Below, in pieces: positions 1 through 12,821 of a DNA stretch of 63,733 nucleotides. Positions within the stretch are counted from its first letter, which is position 1. The number at the start of each line of letters is the position of its first letter. The notes beneath the pieces were generated by a model. That model was not told the DNA's origin, did not search any database, and saw only the letters and a program-made list of their open reading frames with translations. The DNA is from Sphaerodactylus townsendi (taxonomy: Eukaryota), in contig NC_059425.1 of assembly GCF_021028975.2 (NCBI RefSeq), forward strand, positions 140,616,268 through 140,680,000. The letters are read 5' to 3'. Position numbers and translations under genes: made by a program.

Positions 1-1699
1 TCTAGGTGGCATTCTTGAGCCTCAGCAACTTTTGGTATTAGTCACAGTCCCCATGTAGTAGAATCCTTAGAGAGCAACTATGGGGCACTGTTAATCATCT
101 GCCAAACTGCAATGATTATATTACTTTGACTTCTTTTAATCTTACCCTTTCCTGTAAGGAGCACCAGTTGACAGACTTGATATTATCTATTTTAGTCCTA
201 CAGCTGCTCCTTGAGGTAAATTAACTGAAATAGTGACTGGAACAAGCTTACCCACTGGCTCGGATCATGGGGATTTGAACTTTGTTTCTCCCAATCAGCC
301 CAGTCCAGAATTGTAACTTCTACATCATATAGGTTATTAAATACATGGCAGGTGGGCTGCATTTGATTTGAGGGATAGCAAGTTGTGTTGGCCTGATTTA
401 TAGTTTATGGTCACTGGACTTCCATATATGGAAAATGATCAATTTTTTCAAGAGTGAGCCATTACTTAATTGGAAAGACAGCATGTAAACACTTGGATAA
501 ATAAATAAATATTGTCAGAGAATTCTTTGCTAGTCTTGTACGCATGGGGAAAAATGCTGTACACGAACTGAGAACACAAGAAAATTTGCAATAACAAATG
601 AGAAAGGATTGGACCCCTACTTCCACCTCTTTTGTGGCAAATTAAATGTGTGTATCCCATTCAAAATTAATTCATTGAGGTATGTATACCCCAATTTTTC
701 TCCCAAAGATGACCCCAAGGGGTTCACAACTTTTTTCTCTCCTACCACATTTTATTCTCAGAACAACAACATCATAAGTTAGGCTATGGAGTATATCCAA
801 CCATCCAACCATTCTCCACCAACTCAAGTAACTTCCATTGAAGGAAAGTTTACCTTTGCACACAGACAGGGAGAAGATCCAACCCAACACCTTATTAGCT
901 TCCATGACAGTGTGGGTATTTGAACTTGGGTGTCTCAAATCCTAACGTGATGCTCGAATCATTACTCTATGCTGGCTATATGCTGCGATTTCTACAGAGG
1001 TATGCAAACTTTGAACAGTTTGTTTTCCAAGCCCTTTTCAAACTAATGGTGAACTGATGATACTATATATAAATATTAAGTCCCCTCTTTTTATGTCTGC
1101 TATGTAAGCACCTAATTTCAAGTTTTTAAAAGACCTAATAGCCTATAGACCTGGGGGAAAAAACTTAGTGTGTGTGTGTGGGGGGGGGGGGGTTGTAGTA
1201 AAGAAAAGGAGAGGGTGTGCAAAACAATACCAGACACATGCATAAAAATGATTCAGTGCATTTATGGAGGCAATATGTTCAAAGTAAGAAAACGGTCTAT
1301 CAATTGTAAATAGTTTTATTACCTTAAATTTCTTCCAAGGGTGTGTATGACAAAAGGAAAAAAACCCAGTAGAGATAATACTTTCCAAAGAGTATTTCAG
1401 CCTTCAAAGAATAAGATGTTCATATTTATCAGGGCAAGGTCTATTAAAACTGTCCATCTTGAGGACAAATAATAAAAAGGACACTATGAGATATTGATAA
1501 AAAGATAGTTGGGAATCATTACTCATCATTTTGAACACTGAAAAATAAATCCATGAAGTCAGTACCAAGTATACTACAGACTAGACCAGACTATCTTACT
1601 TGGCAGTTGAAAATTTCTGTAGTCGTTCCTGAAAGAAACTTATGATGTTGTTGTTGTTGTTCTGAGAATAAAATGTGGTAGGAGAGAAAAAAGTCGTGA

Positions 1700-2480
1700 A
1701 CCCCTTGTGCCTATATGACACTTATATAAGAATACCTCAAACCAAGATGGGGGAGCTAACTGATAGTTTAGATACAGTTGGTGTTTCAGAAACATCGAAT
1801 GGGGGAAAAATCAATGGGATAGGGTACAGTTATCCCTGTGTACAAGCTTCAAAAATAGGACAGGGATGGGCCTATTGGAGAGGTGTTGCTTTGCTTATCA
1901 AAGAAGGCATAGAATCAAATGAGCTAGATCAGTGGTTCTCAACCATCCTAATGCCGCAACCCTTTAATACAGTCCCTCATGTTGTGGTGACCCCAACCCT
2001 AACATTTATCTATTTTACAGATGGAGAACACTGATGCAGAGAGTCTTAGGAAACCCCGTGAAAGGGTCCTTCGACCCCCAAAGGGGTCATGACCCACAGG
2101 TTGAGAACCGCTGAGTTAGATAAACATTAGGGAGTGAGCTCCCTGACAGAATGCTTATGGGCAAGTAAACCTAAGGGTTATTTAAAAGTGGGGGTGTACT
2201 ATCGCCTGCTTAATCAGATGCTTGAGGCTGATCTTGACATAGAGTAATAAATAAAGTAGGTGGCTAAATTAGATACTTTTGTGATAATGGGTGACTTCAT
2301 CTAGGTGACTTCAACATGTTGACTGGTAAATGTGCTTGAATCATATTTTAGAACTTCCTAGGCATCATCAATGAAAGTGCACATTTGGTCAAAGGGTCAG
2401 TGGGAGGTCAGTGATCTTGGACTTGGATCTGACTGGGGGTTCAGACCTGGAGTGAGAGGTAGATGTTGTTGAAAAAGTTG
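1700..2480 (+). mobile_element. Degenerate CR1 LINE ORF2 AP-endonuclease fragment, split by a SPIN MITE
   Basis: Translates to CLY..., DTVGVSET, GVALLIKEGIES, VGVYYR, VIMGDF motifs with stops and frameshifts. Confidence 0.75.
1930..2113 (+). mobile_element. SPIN/URR1-like non-autonomous hAT MITE
   Basis: TIRs CAGTGGTTCTCAACC / GGTTGAGAACCGCTG; 8-bp TSD AGCTAGAT/AGTTAGAT; internal sequence matches the recalled URR1 consensus (CCCTTTAATACAG..CCTCATGTTGTGGTGACCCC; GACCCCCAAAGGGGTC). Confidence 0.85.
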
Positions 2481-2667
2481 AGTTAAAGTAAAGAAGAAAA
2501 AACAGTAGTGCAGTGGGAAAAATATTTTTATGAGGTTTCAGTTATAAATCCCTATAAGTTTCATACATTGTTTTGTCAGGCGGTCTAAAATATTATATGA
2601 ATAGGTTTTTTTTTAAAAAAAAAAACAAGTATACAATACACAAAATTAAAAACTGAATACAGACAAT

Positions 2668-2839
2668 GTCAAAGGCTTTCACTGCCAGATTCAACTGGTT
2701 GTGGTGGGTTTTCTGGGCTGTGTGGCAGTGGTAGATCTTGTTCCTAATGTTTCGCCAGCCACAGATGTAGACGAAATGTTAGGAACAAGATCTACCAGAC
2801 CATGGCCACACAGCCCGGAAAACCCACCACAACCAGTTC
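2668..2839. mobile_element. Palindromic Penelope pseudo-LTR remnant
   Basis: Two inverted copies of the pLTR end seen at 6754-6870 and 7780-7848; 12-bp TSD AATACAGACAAT. Confidence 0.75.
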
Positions 2840-3758
2840 AATACAGACAATTCAGTACAAATTGATCATATCAAAATTATTTTCACTCCCTGTGCGATCC
2901 TTTTACTTGACTTCGAAAAATCCTGTAACTATTCAAAGAATGCTTTGCATAGTGTACATTGTAGAGATACCAGAAATGTGCAAAATTGTGCCAATATTTA
3001 GAAATGTGTCCATAAAGCAACTTTATTTGCTTTTTATGCCTACTTAATATATTTGAGTACCCACGCACATCTAGTGCTATGTGCAAAATGCTGTTTTGCT
3101 GATTGGGTTGTTGTCTCTCTTCCTTTGAAGGCTCAGTAGTTTTAAATAAAATAAAATGTTCTGAAGTTATCATTCTATTCTCTTACTATTCACAAACTAA
3201 CAGAATGAGATTAGATTAAGTCAGTAATTTCAAGAACTAAAGAGCAAGAACTAAAGAATGTCAGAGTAAAACCCTGTAAGTTCTTTGGAGACTGTAACAG
3301 TTTACACAGATATTTCTAATTTAAAGTTCAGCCCTTATATGTTTAGATAAACATGTAATTATATACATGTAGTTGCTTCACTTTCTGGTCTCAGGCTTAC
3401 AACCTTCCACATAACAATTTAAAACATTTTAAAACATTGCATGTTCAATCCACTTTCAGTGCACTTTGCCGCTGGATTTTACTGTGTGGAATAGCAAAAT
3501 CCACTTGCAAACACTTGTTAAAGTGGATTGAAAGAGAATTATTTTGCATGTGTGGAAGGGGCCATAGAAATTGCTTCACTGGCTGCTTAGGCACTATTCT
3601 AAAAATCACACAGGTGTTTTCTCACTAGTGTCATATACTTGTTTCCCTTGAACATAGAAAAACAGAAGCCATGAATAAAGATCAGGGATGGACTATGCAT
3701 AGGGATATTTTGGGGAGAAAGAACATTTACTCATATGATTCTGTACCTCTTTTTAAAA

Positions 3759-4259
3759 CTAGCGGGCCCGGCCACGCTTCGCTGTGGCTTGGGGGGGGCT
3801 CACAGGACCTGCACAGGACCGGAGGCAGCTGTTCTTGCACCTTACCCTGGGCTCACCTCACCTCACTGGGCCTTCTTCTCTGGCGGCAAGCCATTTGGAC
3901 CTTGTCAGGTATTCCTGCCTCTTTGGCCTCACTCTGCTCGGGCCGGGACTGGGGCCCTTCGGCTGCCCTTCCGCATCTTGCCGGCTCGCTTCCTCATTCC
4001 GCCCCTCTGTTTGTGCCTTCCTCCTTTGCCGGCGCCCTGGCTGTTTGGAGTGGCTCTGAGGTTTGGGGCATGTGCAGTGGACTCCAACCCTTCCGAGCAT
4101 TTTTACCTGGCTCAGGTGCGTTACCTGAGCCTTTTCAGTATGGGCAAACATGCTCGGATGGATGAGCAGCGTTCCCTGAAAGTTTCAGGCGTTTGCTCCA
4201 GCAGTTCCTGAGTTAGACCGTGAGTAACAAACTCACGGTTAGCTTTTTATATATACAGA
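3759..4259 (-). mobile_element. Non-autonomous Helitron
   Basis: 5' TC(TGTATATATAAAAAGCTAAC), 3' hairpin GCCACAGCGAAGCGTGGC then CTAG; inserted between A and T with no TSD. Confidence 0.85.
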
Positions 4260-5286
4260 TGGTAGATTCTACTGACAAGTTTATAATCTTCTATTCATAA
4301 GAATTTTGTCCTGCTTACAACTGAGAGGATATGAGCATTTTAAAATCCTGTTTCCATGCATAAGTCTGCTGTTAACATCACTGGATTTAAAAGTGCTTCA
4401 TTTTGGCTAGATCTTTCCCTGTGTCTTGAATTTTAGAAATCTGAATTTCCTACTTAGCCACTGGAAAGCATGATGATGAAACTGTACATGCATTCTTTTG
4501 GTTAAGGGAATTGCACAACCATGCGACCCGTGAGGGAAAATAACCTCAAAACAACCATATGGAAACTTCAGTCTTTGGCTGAATTAAAGCAATATACTAA
4601 CAGCTAAATCACAGTACTGCATGGTGAGAGAACATTCCTTCAAACTTTGTACAGGACTCATTCTTCTGACTCAAAGGGAAGATTGGAAATGTGTTTATTT
4701 GTTCCAGGTACATTGTGAAAACTTTGTAGTCCCCAGCCTATAATCACTTAAAGTAATCTAATAATTTGTGACATTATTACATAAAAGGCTTGCCCACGAG
4801 GACTTTTGGGGGCACCTCATTTCCTTTTCTACTTACCTTGCTTTACTTTTATTATTCTGGAATATTAATTTTAGTTTTATATTGTAGTCTTAATCACCAT
4901 CCAGGTGAAATGTGCTTTTAGCTTTTATTGCATTTTAAGATTGTTGGAAGTCACCCTGAGCCCACGAGAAGGATGGCATATAAAACTAATAAATGAAATG
5001 TATTAACCCTTCCTTCTGTATCCTCTCCTCCTGGCATTACCATACCCACTCTCCTTCCCCTGCTTTCTTCTCTTCTCCCCATCCACAAACAAACCTATTT
5101 TTATCTGCCCCCACTAGTCTTCAGTTATATTTATTTATGTCATTTTACACACACACCCAAACATACGCATACCTTTCTCCACAATGGAGATGCAAAGCAG
5201 CTTATAGCATTCTCCTGTTTTCCATTTTATCCTGACAACTATCCTGACAGGGAGGTTAGGCTGGGAGTCCATTTTACTACTATTTG

Positions 5287-5288
<2 letters not shown>

Positions 5289-5327
<39 letters not shown>
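5289..5327. repeat. (TC)n microsatellite
   Basis: Seen directly. Confidence 0.95.
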
Positions 5328-5330
<3 letters not shown>

Positions 5331-6753
5331 TTGTAAGTCATCCTGAATATTTTTGTTTGGAGCATTCTGCAATCAGGGAATTTTTCAGGGAGGGCAATAT
5401 TCAAAATGTGGCCCAGCACATGAAGTGGTATCCTTTCTACCAACCTCAAAACTTCATTTCAGTGAACCCAGATAAGTTGGGTGTGCACTTTACCACTGCA
5501 GTTCCTCTATGTATATCCATTATATGTACAATTTCATTTTGTCGCTCACCTTCAAAAAGTTGTTCTGCAGGCGGTCCTGAAAATCCACTGAGAATCTGAT
5601 CAAAGGAACTTTTAAAAGAAAAAAAATCAGGAATATTAAGCCTGATCGTGTCAACATTACATGGTTCTTAGGAACCATGTCACGCACACAGGAAAATTAT
5701 CTCAGTTCTTGGCTTAGTGTAAAACCTTACTGATCCTCAGTAAGCACTTACTACTGTTCTACTTCCTGAAGTTAGGCCAGAAGCAACAGATGGGTTATTG
5801 TAATTATGTCATCCCTTGAAGCTCTTAGGACCACACTTAGCATTCTGGGCATGGTAAAGACAACTAAAAAAAGAGACAGAAAAAGTGAGTTTTAAACCTA
5901 AAGGCCATGCTGTTTGCTCATGGCTTTAAATAAACTTCCATTTAAATTGGCAGATACACCAAAAGAAAATCTGCCATGCTAACAGCAGTGGTATCTCTTT
6001 TTGATGTGCTTTTTGAGCAGAGCAAGAACTGAAGTGAACTCACATGTCGGGAATGTCTGGGTTCAAATGCTTTCACTGGCCAGGCTTCTCTAGAATCAGG
6101 AACAACATCTCAGCTTCTAAACAAAGCTTGACTCTGTATACATTTCTTTTGCAAGAGGCATCCTCTATTTCTAAATATTATCTGAATGTCATCTTTTAAT
6201 TTATTCCTCAATCTTCTCCTCATAGATCCCACTTAATGAGAAAAAAACTGAGACATGTATGAAAAGATAACACATGGCATTTTTATTTGAATTCTTATTC
6301 AATTAGCAAATAGTTTATAGCTTGTGTATAAGCTCATTGTTTTCATTCTCTGGTGTGTTTGATGCATTTCTGCCTTTGATTATCTCAGTGTATGAAGTAA
6401 TAGTTTTGTTCTTTCTCAAAAGAAAAAAATCTGTAACTTCTGCTCCATTTATAATGTCACGCTCATACCATTATTGTTGTTTGACCTTATCTGTTGTTTC
6501 AGACTGAAACCCTAGGAAAATTCTGAATCATATTTTTGATGTGGAGAATATTTGGATTAAGGCTTCTAAATGATGTAGTGCTATAAAAAGGGAGACCCCC
6601 GCTCATTTCTCTGTTCTTCCTCCTACTCAGAGAATCCCAGCAGTGCCTGGTTTATACAATAAAATGCAACCAAGCATCTCAGATGATTGTTTCTTCCCCA
6701 GATTAACATGTGAAGCTCCCATTAAGTTTAAAGAGTGGCAAATACACTGGGCA

Positions 6754-7848
6754 TCGAAGGCTTTCACAGCCAGATTCAACTGGCTGTTGTGGGTTTTCCA
6801 GGCTGTGTGGCCATGGTCTGGTAGATCTTGTTCCTAACATTTCGCCTTTATCTGTGGCTGATATCTTCAGAGGTGTATCACAGAGAGAAGTCTGTTACAA
6901 CTGTGTCCCAGAGTGAGGAAGGGGAATTGTTTTTTTGGAACTCTGTAGAGGAGGCTGGAACAAAAGCCCCCCCACAGGAAAAAATATTTCCCTCACTAAT
7001 ACACTCAAGCTGGTATTAATAGAAGAGACTTAAAATTTGGGAAATCTGGGATGAAAAAATATAACCTACAAACAATCTTCAAACCTACCAAAAATACAGA
7101 AGATGCTAAGCTCAGCAAGGGACAAGAGAGACCCCCTCACTTTTGCAGGAATCTATTGCATACCCTGCAGCTGTGGAAAGGTCTACATAGAAACCACAAA
7201 ATGCAACATTCAGACTCGTATTAAGGAGCATGAAAGACACTGTCGGCTTAACCATCCCAAAAAATCTGCAGCAGCTGAACATGCTTTAAACAAAACTGGA
7301 TATATCATTCTATTTGAAAACACTGAAATTCTGGAAAACTCGAACGGTTACTATGTCAGACTACACAGGGAGGCCATTGAAATCCACAAACACTAAGACA
7401 ATTTCAACAAGAAGGAAGAGACTCTGAGAATTAATAAAACTTGGCTACCAGTATTTAAAAACAGAATCAAAGGCCAAGGTCATGCTAGGTTCATGGAGAA
7501 TGGACTCCACCCAGACATAGGATTTGCATTCACTAATACTGTTGCTGCTGCTGTAGGGAATGCAAATGCAAATATGAATGTAAATAGACAGAAAACCCCT
7601 CCCACAATACAATGCAAGCAACCACACCTTTGCATAGCAAGTTCCACCCAAACACTTGCTGATTGGTTCCCCACCCTGGGATTTGGACAATATATACCCC
7701 CTTAAACATTCCCTTCTCACTGGACACAGTGTATAGCAGACTTCTTTCTCTCTGTGATATACCTCACAGAAGGTGTAGCCACAGATGCAGGCTAAAATGA
7801 GCAAGACAAGATCTGCAGACCATGGCCACTACAGCCTGGAAAACCACA
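6754..7848 (+). mobile_element. 5'-truncated Penelope-like element (Poseidon-type) with inverted 5' pLTR
   Basis: GIY-YIG endonuclease remnant at 7103-7396 (GIYCIPCSCGKVYIETT..RIKEHERH..REAIEIHKH); 3' pLTR about 7720-7848; inverted copy 6754-6910. Confidence 0.88.
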
Positions 7849-10667
7849 GAGCAGCGCTGCTGCAGCCCCTGATACCCCCAGAATGTGGCTATATATAGCT
7901 ACTACTCTAAAAATATTGGCGACAGACCGTTGCCAAAAGCACTTACCTCTGGGTGTAGAGTAGCTATGATCAACAGCCTATAAGCTAAAGGTCCACAAAC
8001 TACTTTAACAAAAGCTGAGTTAAGATAATGAGTTACTCCTGGCAACCTGGAGGTCTCATTTGAGTTAATAGCATGCTTGATTACCACACCTTGCCTATAG
8101 AAACTGTGGGACAACAGGATATGGAGAGTCACCCTGCCAGCAGATACTGTGTGTACTTGTTTTGCTTACATAGAGCTTTGGGTCAGCAGCAAATACTTTT
8201 CGCTTTTAAAATTTCCCCTCCTTTTTGTAATGGTTCTCCTAAAAGCCTTTGCCTCTCTCCTGGTCCAAGGGTCTCCAGTAAAATCTGAATATCTTGGGCA
8301 GTGACCCAACTGAGGAGTCAATCTGCATGGGAGCATTGCAGCCTCTCCATCATTTGAAAGCTTAACAGTATGATTCCTGGCCCTATTATGCACGGGGTTA
8401 GCAGTGGGTGTGACTGACTCTCATCCAAGGTCAGCGCCCCAAATCCAGCACCTGGATGTTGCCTTGAAATGGAGCTTACTCTGGTTCCCTTTTCACTTAG
8501 CAAAGAGCGACCTATAGCAATCCAGTTCACTTGCAGGGTACCTTGCTCATTACTAGCCTGTTCCTCCCTTGGTCCTGGAGTCGGTTTGAGACACGATATA
8601 AATCCTTCATTGGGTTTCTGTGCTGTAGCATGGAATCCCTGCCAGCTTCTTCGTCTACTCTCAAGAATGGATTAGGTATAGCATGTGCCCTGCAAAAACC
8701 CCATTCCCGCTCCTATCCTCTAATCACATCTTTCAGAGCCTTTTTATATGCAGGGGCAGGAACGATATGTGCTCTTGTGCCTTACTGTAGCATGTGTGTG
8801 TATTTTTGAACTAGAATTCGATAAAACGTTTAAACTCAATTGGACTCTTGCGTTCCTCTGTGGAATATTCTTTGCCAGAATCCCTTCCCCGTATTATACA
8901 AAAGCGTGTCAGGCGAACTCTTTCATGTTGCAACTACAGGACACAGCGAATGCCAGCCCAGGATAAATACTACTGGTTGATATAATGGAAGAACACAGAT
9001 GGTTTTGGAAAATAAACAAGCACGTTTGCAGACCAGAGACCTTCCATGCCCTTGTATTTCTAACAGCCTTTCACAACAGTCAATAGTTCACATGGAAATA
9101 GAACATTGGCTCCAGAAACAAAACAAGAGCCACATTTATTTGCTATAAGCTGGTCTCTTACTTCTTTAGCGTTGGATCAATCTGTACCTGATTTGAATCA
9201 GATGATGACTGAGTACCATTTGATGCTCTGGTCACAATAGCAGAAAGGTTTCTCGGGTGCATGCCAAATTGGAAATTGAAAACAGCGCAACCCCCATTCA
9301 TTTCAAAGAGGCTTCGTGACAGAAACTTCCTGATGGATGGTGTCCTATGCAGTTAATGGAAGGCACTGCTTTACAAGTCGGGTTTCCAGCGAACAAAGTG
9401 GATCACTCCAGGCTCTTTTAGGTCAAGAAAATGTGCATATAAAATGTGCATGTTATTAAGAGGCTGATGCTCCTTCTTGTCACAAAACAACCTATAAAGG
9501 CAATGTTCATAGGCTTTTATGTTCAGTACAACGACACGGCTATTATCAGACATCCACTGCTGCCTGACTATGGAATGGACTAGAATGACATGAAAAGGAT
9601 TTACAACTGTTCAAATTTCAGGAACTATATGGTGCTGAAAATTGAAAATATATTCTTCTCTGTGCTTTTTTGTATCACTTTGGATTTATGTGTATGGTTT
9701 GTAAATAATTCATACAGTAAGTATGTCGTTCTACAGGCATTTATTCAACAGGTACAACTTGTGCTGAATCTAATAGCCTATGTCGGTGAAGTTTTTATGG
9801 GTCATTTTGTGACTTTTGTACTGTACACTCTTAATTTTAGTTACCTTCTTCATGTATCATGGTCCTACAGTCTGAATTGGGCCTGAACATATCTAGGAAG
9901 CATTAAATCCCCAACACATAGGTTTATGAATCACAAGGTAGAATCTCCAGTTCTCTCCGATCTCTTGACAGCGTTCTCACAGGGAAAAGGAGCAGCATGG
10001 ACTGTGAACTCTATGGCCTGACATTCCCATTGCATCTCTTACGAACATTAATGAACTTTAAGGAAATGCTGTTCTATAGTCCCAAACCATGTGAGACAGC
10101 AACCACAGGCATAACACATGGATGCCACCAACATTGTAAAGAAAATTTAAAACTCTGTGAGATCCAGATGCTGATTAGGTTCACAGCATGATGGACTGAG
10201 GTGCTATTCTCCCCTTCCCCCCCCCCCACATCTTTTCATTTGCCTAAACAGCTGGGGGGGCAATTTCAGATAAAAGGGTAGAGGGCATGAGCAGGGCCAT
10301 GGATATTCTCATATCTAGTTTGCTTTTATGATGAGAGGAGTGAAAGCAGTTTTTCAGGGAAACCTTCTTTCCTATCTTCCCTTGCACCAGTGATCTCCAA
10401 TGTGGCACCACCCATAATTACATGGTGCGCTGTCCAATGAGTTTCTGGCACCTGCTTATTTCTTCACAAACATCTTTCCTCCAAAATAAAGCTCTAAATT
10501 TGGCTTAGCTTTCCTCTAAGTCATGTAAGTGGACAACATTTCAGAAAAAAAGCACATTGACTTCCAGAGTCTGAAGAGCTCTTATTCAGAAATGCCTGCC
10601 TCTTTCACAGGAGGATGCTTGGCTTACAACCTCCCAACAAATTGTGACTGCCACTTTTACTAGGTTA

Positions 10668-11640
10668 ACAACAACAACCTTTATTTGGCATTTAAAAATA
10701 GGTTCTAAAGTGTTGCCAGACATTTTTGAAATACAAATCAAGAGTACATTCAAAACCTTGAACAGAAGACTGTATATAGCGTTATACATTACTTAGAAGT
10801 TCTGTCACTTGTAAAAGAAATTTTGCTAATTATCCTGAGCATGACATCTGTGTTGTTTAAACGAAGCTCCACAACAGAACAGTCAAGAACCACTTTCAGA
10901 TTTGTCTAGAGGCCAGCCTGGGAGAGGAAATTTCAATGCCCACATATCTCGGACAGTCAAAGAATAATGTAGCTTAAGGAGTCTCCCGCGGTTTTACAGT
11001 GGACAAACCGATCCTGGAGAGGGATGGATAAATGCTGCAACCCTTGTACTGGCCGATGGGAAGGTATTGGATCTGGCCCTTGTGATAATCCATCTCTGTT
11101 GGGGTTCAGTTAATAATTCAAGATATTTGGCTATGTGCCCCTGTTCCAGTATTATTCCAACAGAGAGGGGTGAGAATGATTTATTTGCTTGATCCAACAA
11201 GATATGATATTCCTGTTCTAGAAGTCTACTTTTTAAGGTTCGGAAGATCTCTCTGGGTGTCAGCATACAGAGATCTTCAAGTAATAAACCTATTGAGTAA
11301 ATTTTTTTATTTGAGAAGTTGATACCATTCAGAGGCAAATATATTAAACTGCGCACATCAGAGTTAAAACATAATTTGATCCAATACTTGAATGTATTCA
11401 GCCATGCTCTTGTTTCAAGTAGGTTCTGACCAGTTTCTAAGCATGGTACAGCATATGGTACAGAGTGTGGTAATCCGAGTATTTTATAGAGGAAACCAGA
11501 TTGTATTCTTTCAACGGACTTGTTCCATGCAGTTATCAAGGGAACTCCATAGAAGTTGCTGAACTACCTTGGAGTTGAAAACCTTTAAGAGTACTGCTGG
11601 GACATATCCTTCCTAGTGGAAAAAACTTTCACTACTGAGC
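10668..11640 (-). mobile_element. 3' fragment of a non-LTR retrotransposon (RTE-X-like)
   Basis: 181-aa ORF 10994-11539 (LYKILGLP..LETGQNLLETRAW..) followed by a CPL..DCP Zn-knuckle remnant; ends ATGCCAAATAAAGG(TTG)n. Confidence 0.7.
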
Positions 11641-12539
11641 TTGAGTGTGAATATTTCTCACTTCACGGCAGACATTTTGTGATCGGCCTCACCCCTCTGG
11701 TGGTCATTTTGTGGAAGTGTCCACCAGCCTTTCTAGAACTTCCAGGCTCAACAAATTTGTGGGCTTGTATTCTAGTGATAGATACAATATGAGAAGCTGT
11801 AAGGCTATTTAATACAATAACAATAATGCTATGTAATACAAGTGGCAATGCTATGTAATACAAAGCAATAATAGCAATAATAACAATAATGAACTGGTTC
11901 CAGTCAGGGAGGGCGGGATATAAATTTAACAAATAAATAAACCACTGCTTGTTGGTTTTTCTTTTGTTTTAGGCAGCCCTTTTTAAAGTTCCTCCTAAGT
12001 GAAGAAGTCTCCCTCTTTGGGTTGGTGTTCAGACTGGCCTCAGTCCACCTCTAAGAAAGGATGTTTTAGGTCGCAGAACCATGGTTTATTTTGTTACTGT
12101 GTTTAAAATTGAACTGTCATTTTGTCCTGTTGCTTATTTGGGGGGGCTATTGTAAAGCTACTTGATCACCAAATGGATGATAGGAAATGATTTAATGTTT
12201 GAATGAGTAAAACAAATTTGAGAAGTCTCACAAAACTATGCCTTCCTAGGTAGCAAGCAGATGTTGTAGGAATAATTCCACAAGAGCAGCTGTCACAGGC
12301 ACAGTTGGGGTGGCAGTTAAGAAAATGCAAGGGGGACCAAAGGAAACAAAATTAAAATGACTAAATTTCTAAGGGTTGTACAGGAGTTTCCCCTTGTGTT
12401 TTGGAAATATATCAGTGTGTAACAATTTCAACCACAGGGCTCCTTGCTCTGGAAGAAATTACTTTGGAAGTTAATCCAGCACCGAAGAGACAGATACCAC
12501 AGATATGCAGGTTTCTCCTTGCCTCACCTGAGCAACTAG

Positions 12540-12659
12540 CATCAGCCAATCAAAAGCCTTGTGTTTAGACAAGAGGCCTGAAAGCATGGCCTGCTGTCAT
12601 GGCAACCAAGGATACCAACTGCACCAAGCCCTGGGAGTGACAAGGAGGGAGGAAAAGGT

Positions 12660-12690
<31 letters not shown>

Positions 12691-12723
12691 CGGTCGTGCT
12701 TTCTTCCAGCCTCACCCAGCACA
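12540..12723 (+). promoter_or_regulatory. Putative promoter/5' UTR of the CFAP141-like gene with RFX X-box and CCAAT box
   Basis: GCTGTCATGGCAAC at 12593-12606 (near GTTGCCATGGCAAC); agCCAATca at 12546; (AG)n at 12662-12689. Confidence 0.6.
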
Positions 12724-12821
12724 ATGGCAACCCCCAAGGACAAGGGAACGAAAAACATCCACGTCCTCACCCAAGAACGGATAATGAAAGAGGAGGAGGT
12801 AGGACTTGAAATGGCAGCGAG
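12724..12821 (+). CDS. CFAP141: CFAP141-like coding exon 1
   Basis: acaATGG start context; phase-2 donor AG|GTGAAC completes the Arg codon with exon 2; X-box just upstream. Confidence 0.65.

Noticed and set aside
3671-4211. Overlapping 90-164 aa ORFs
   Set aside because: GC-rich Helitron interior; no recognisable domain
9371-9580. Possible terminal coding exon (..GVIHFVRWKPDL*) on minus
   Set aside because: Weak acceptor, no upstream partner exon, no recognised homology
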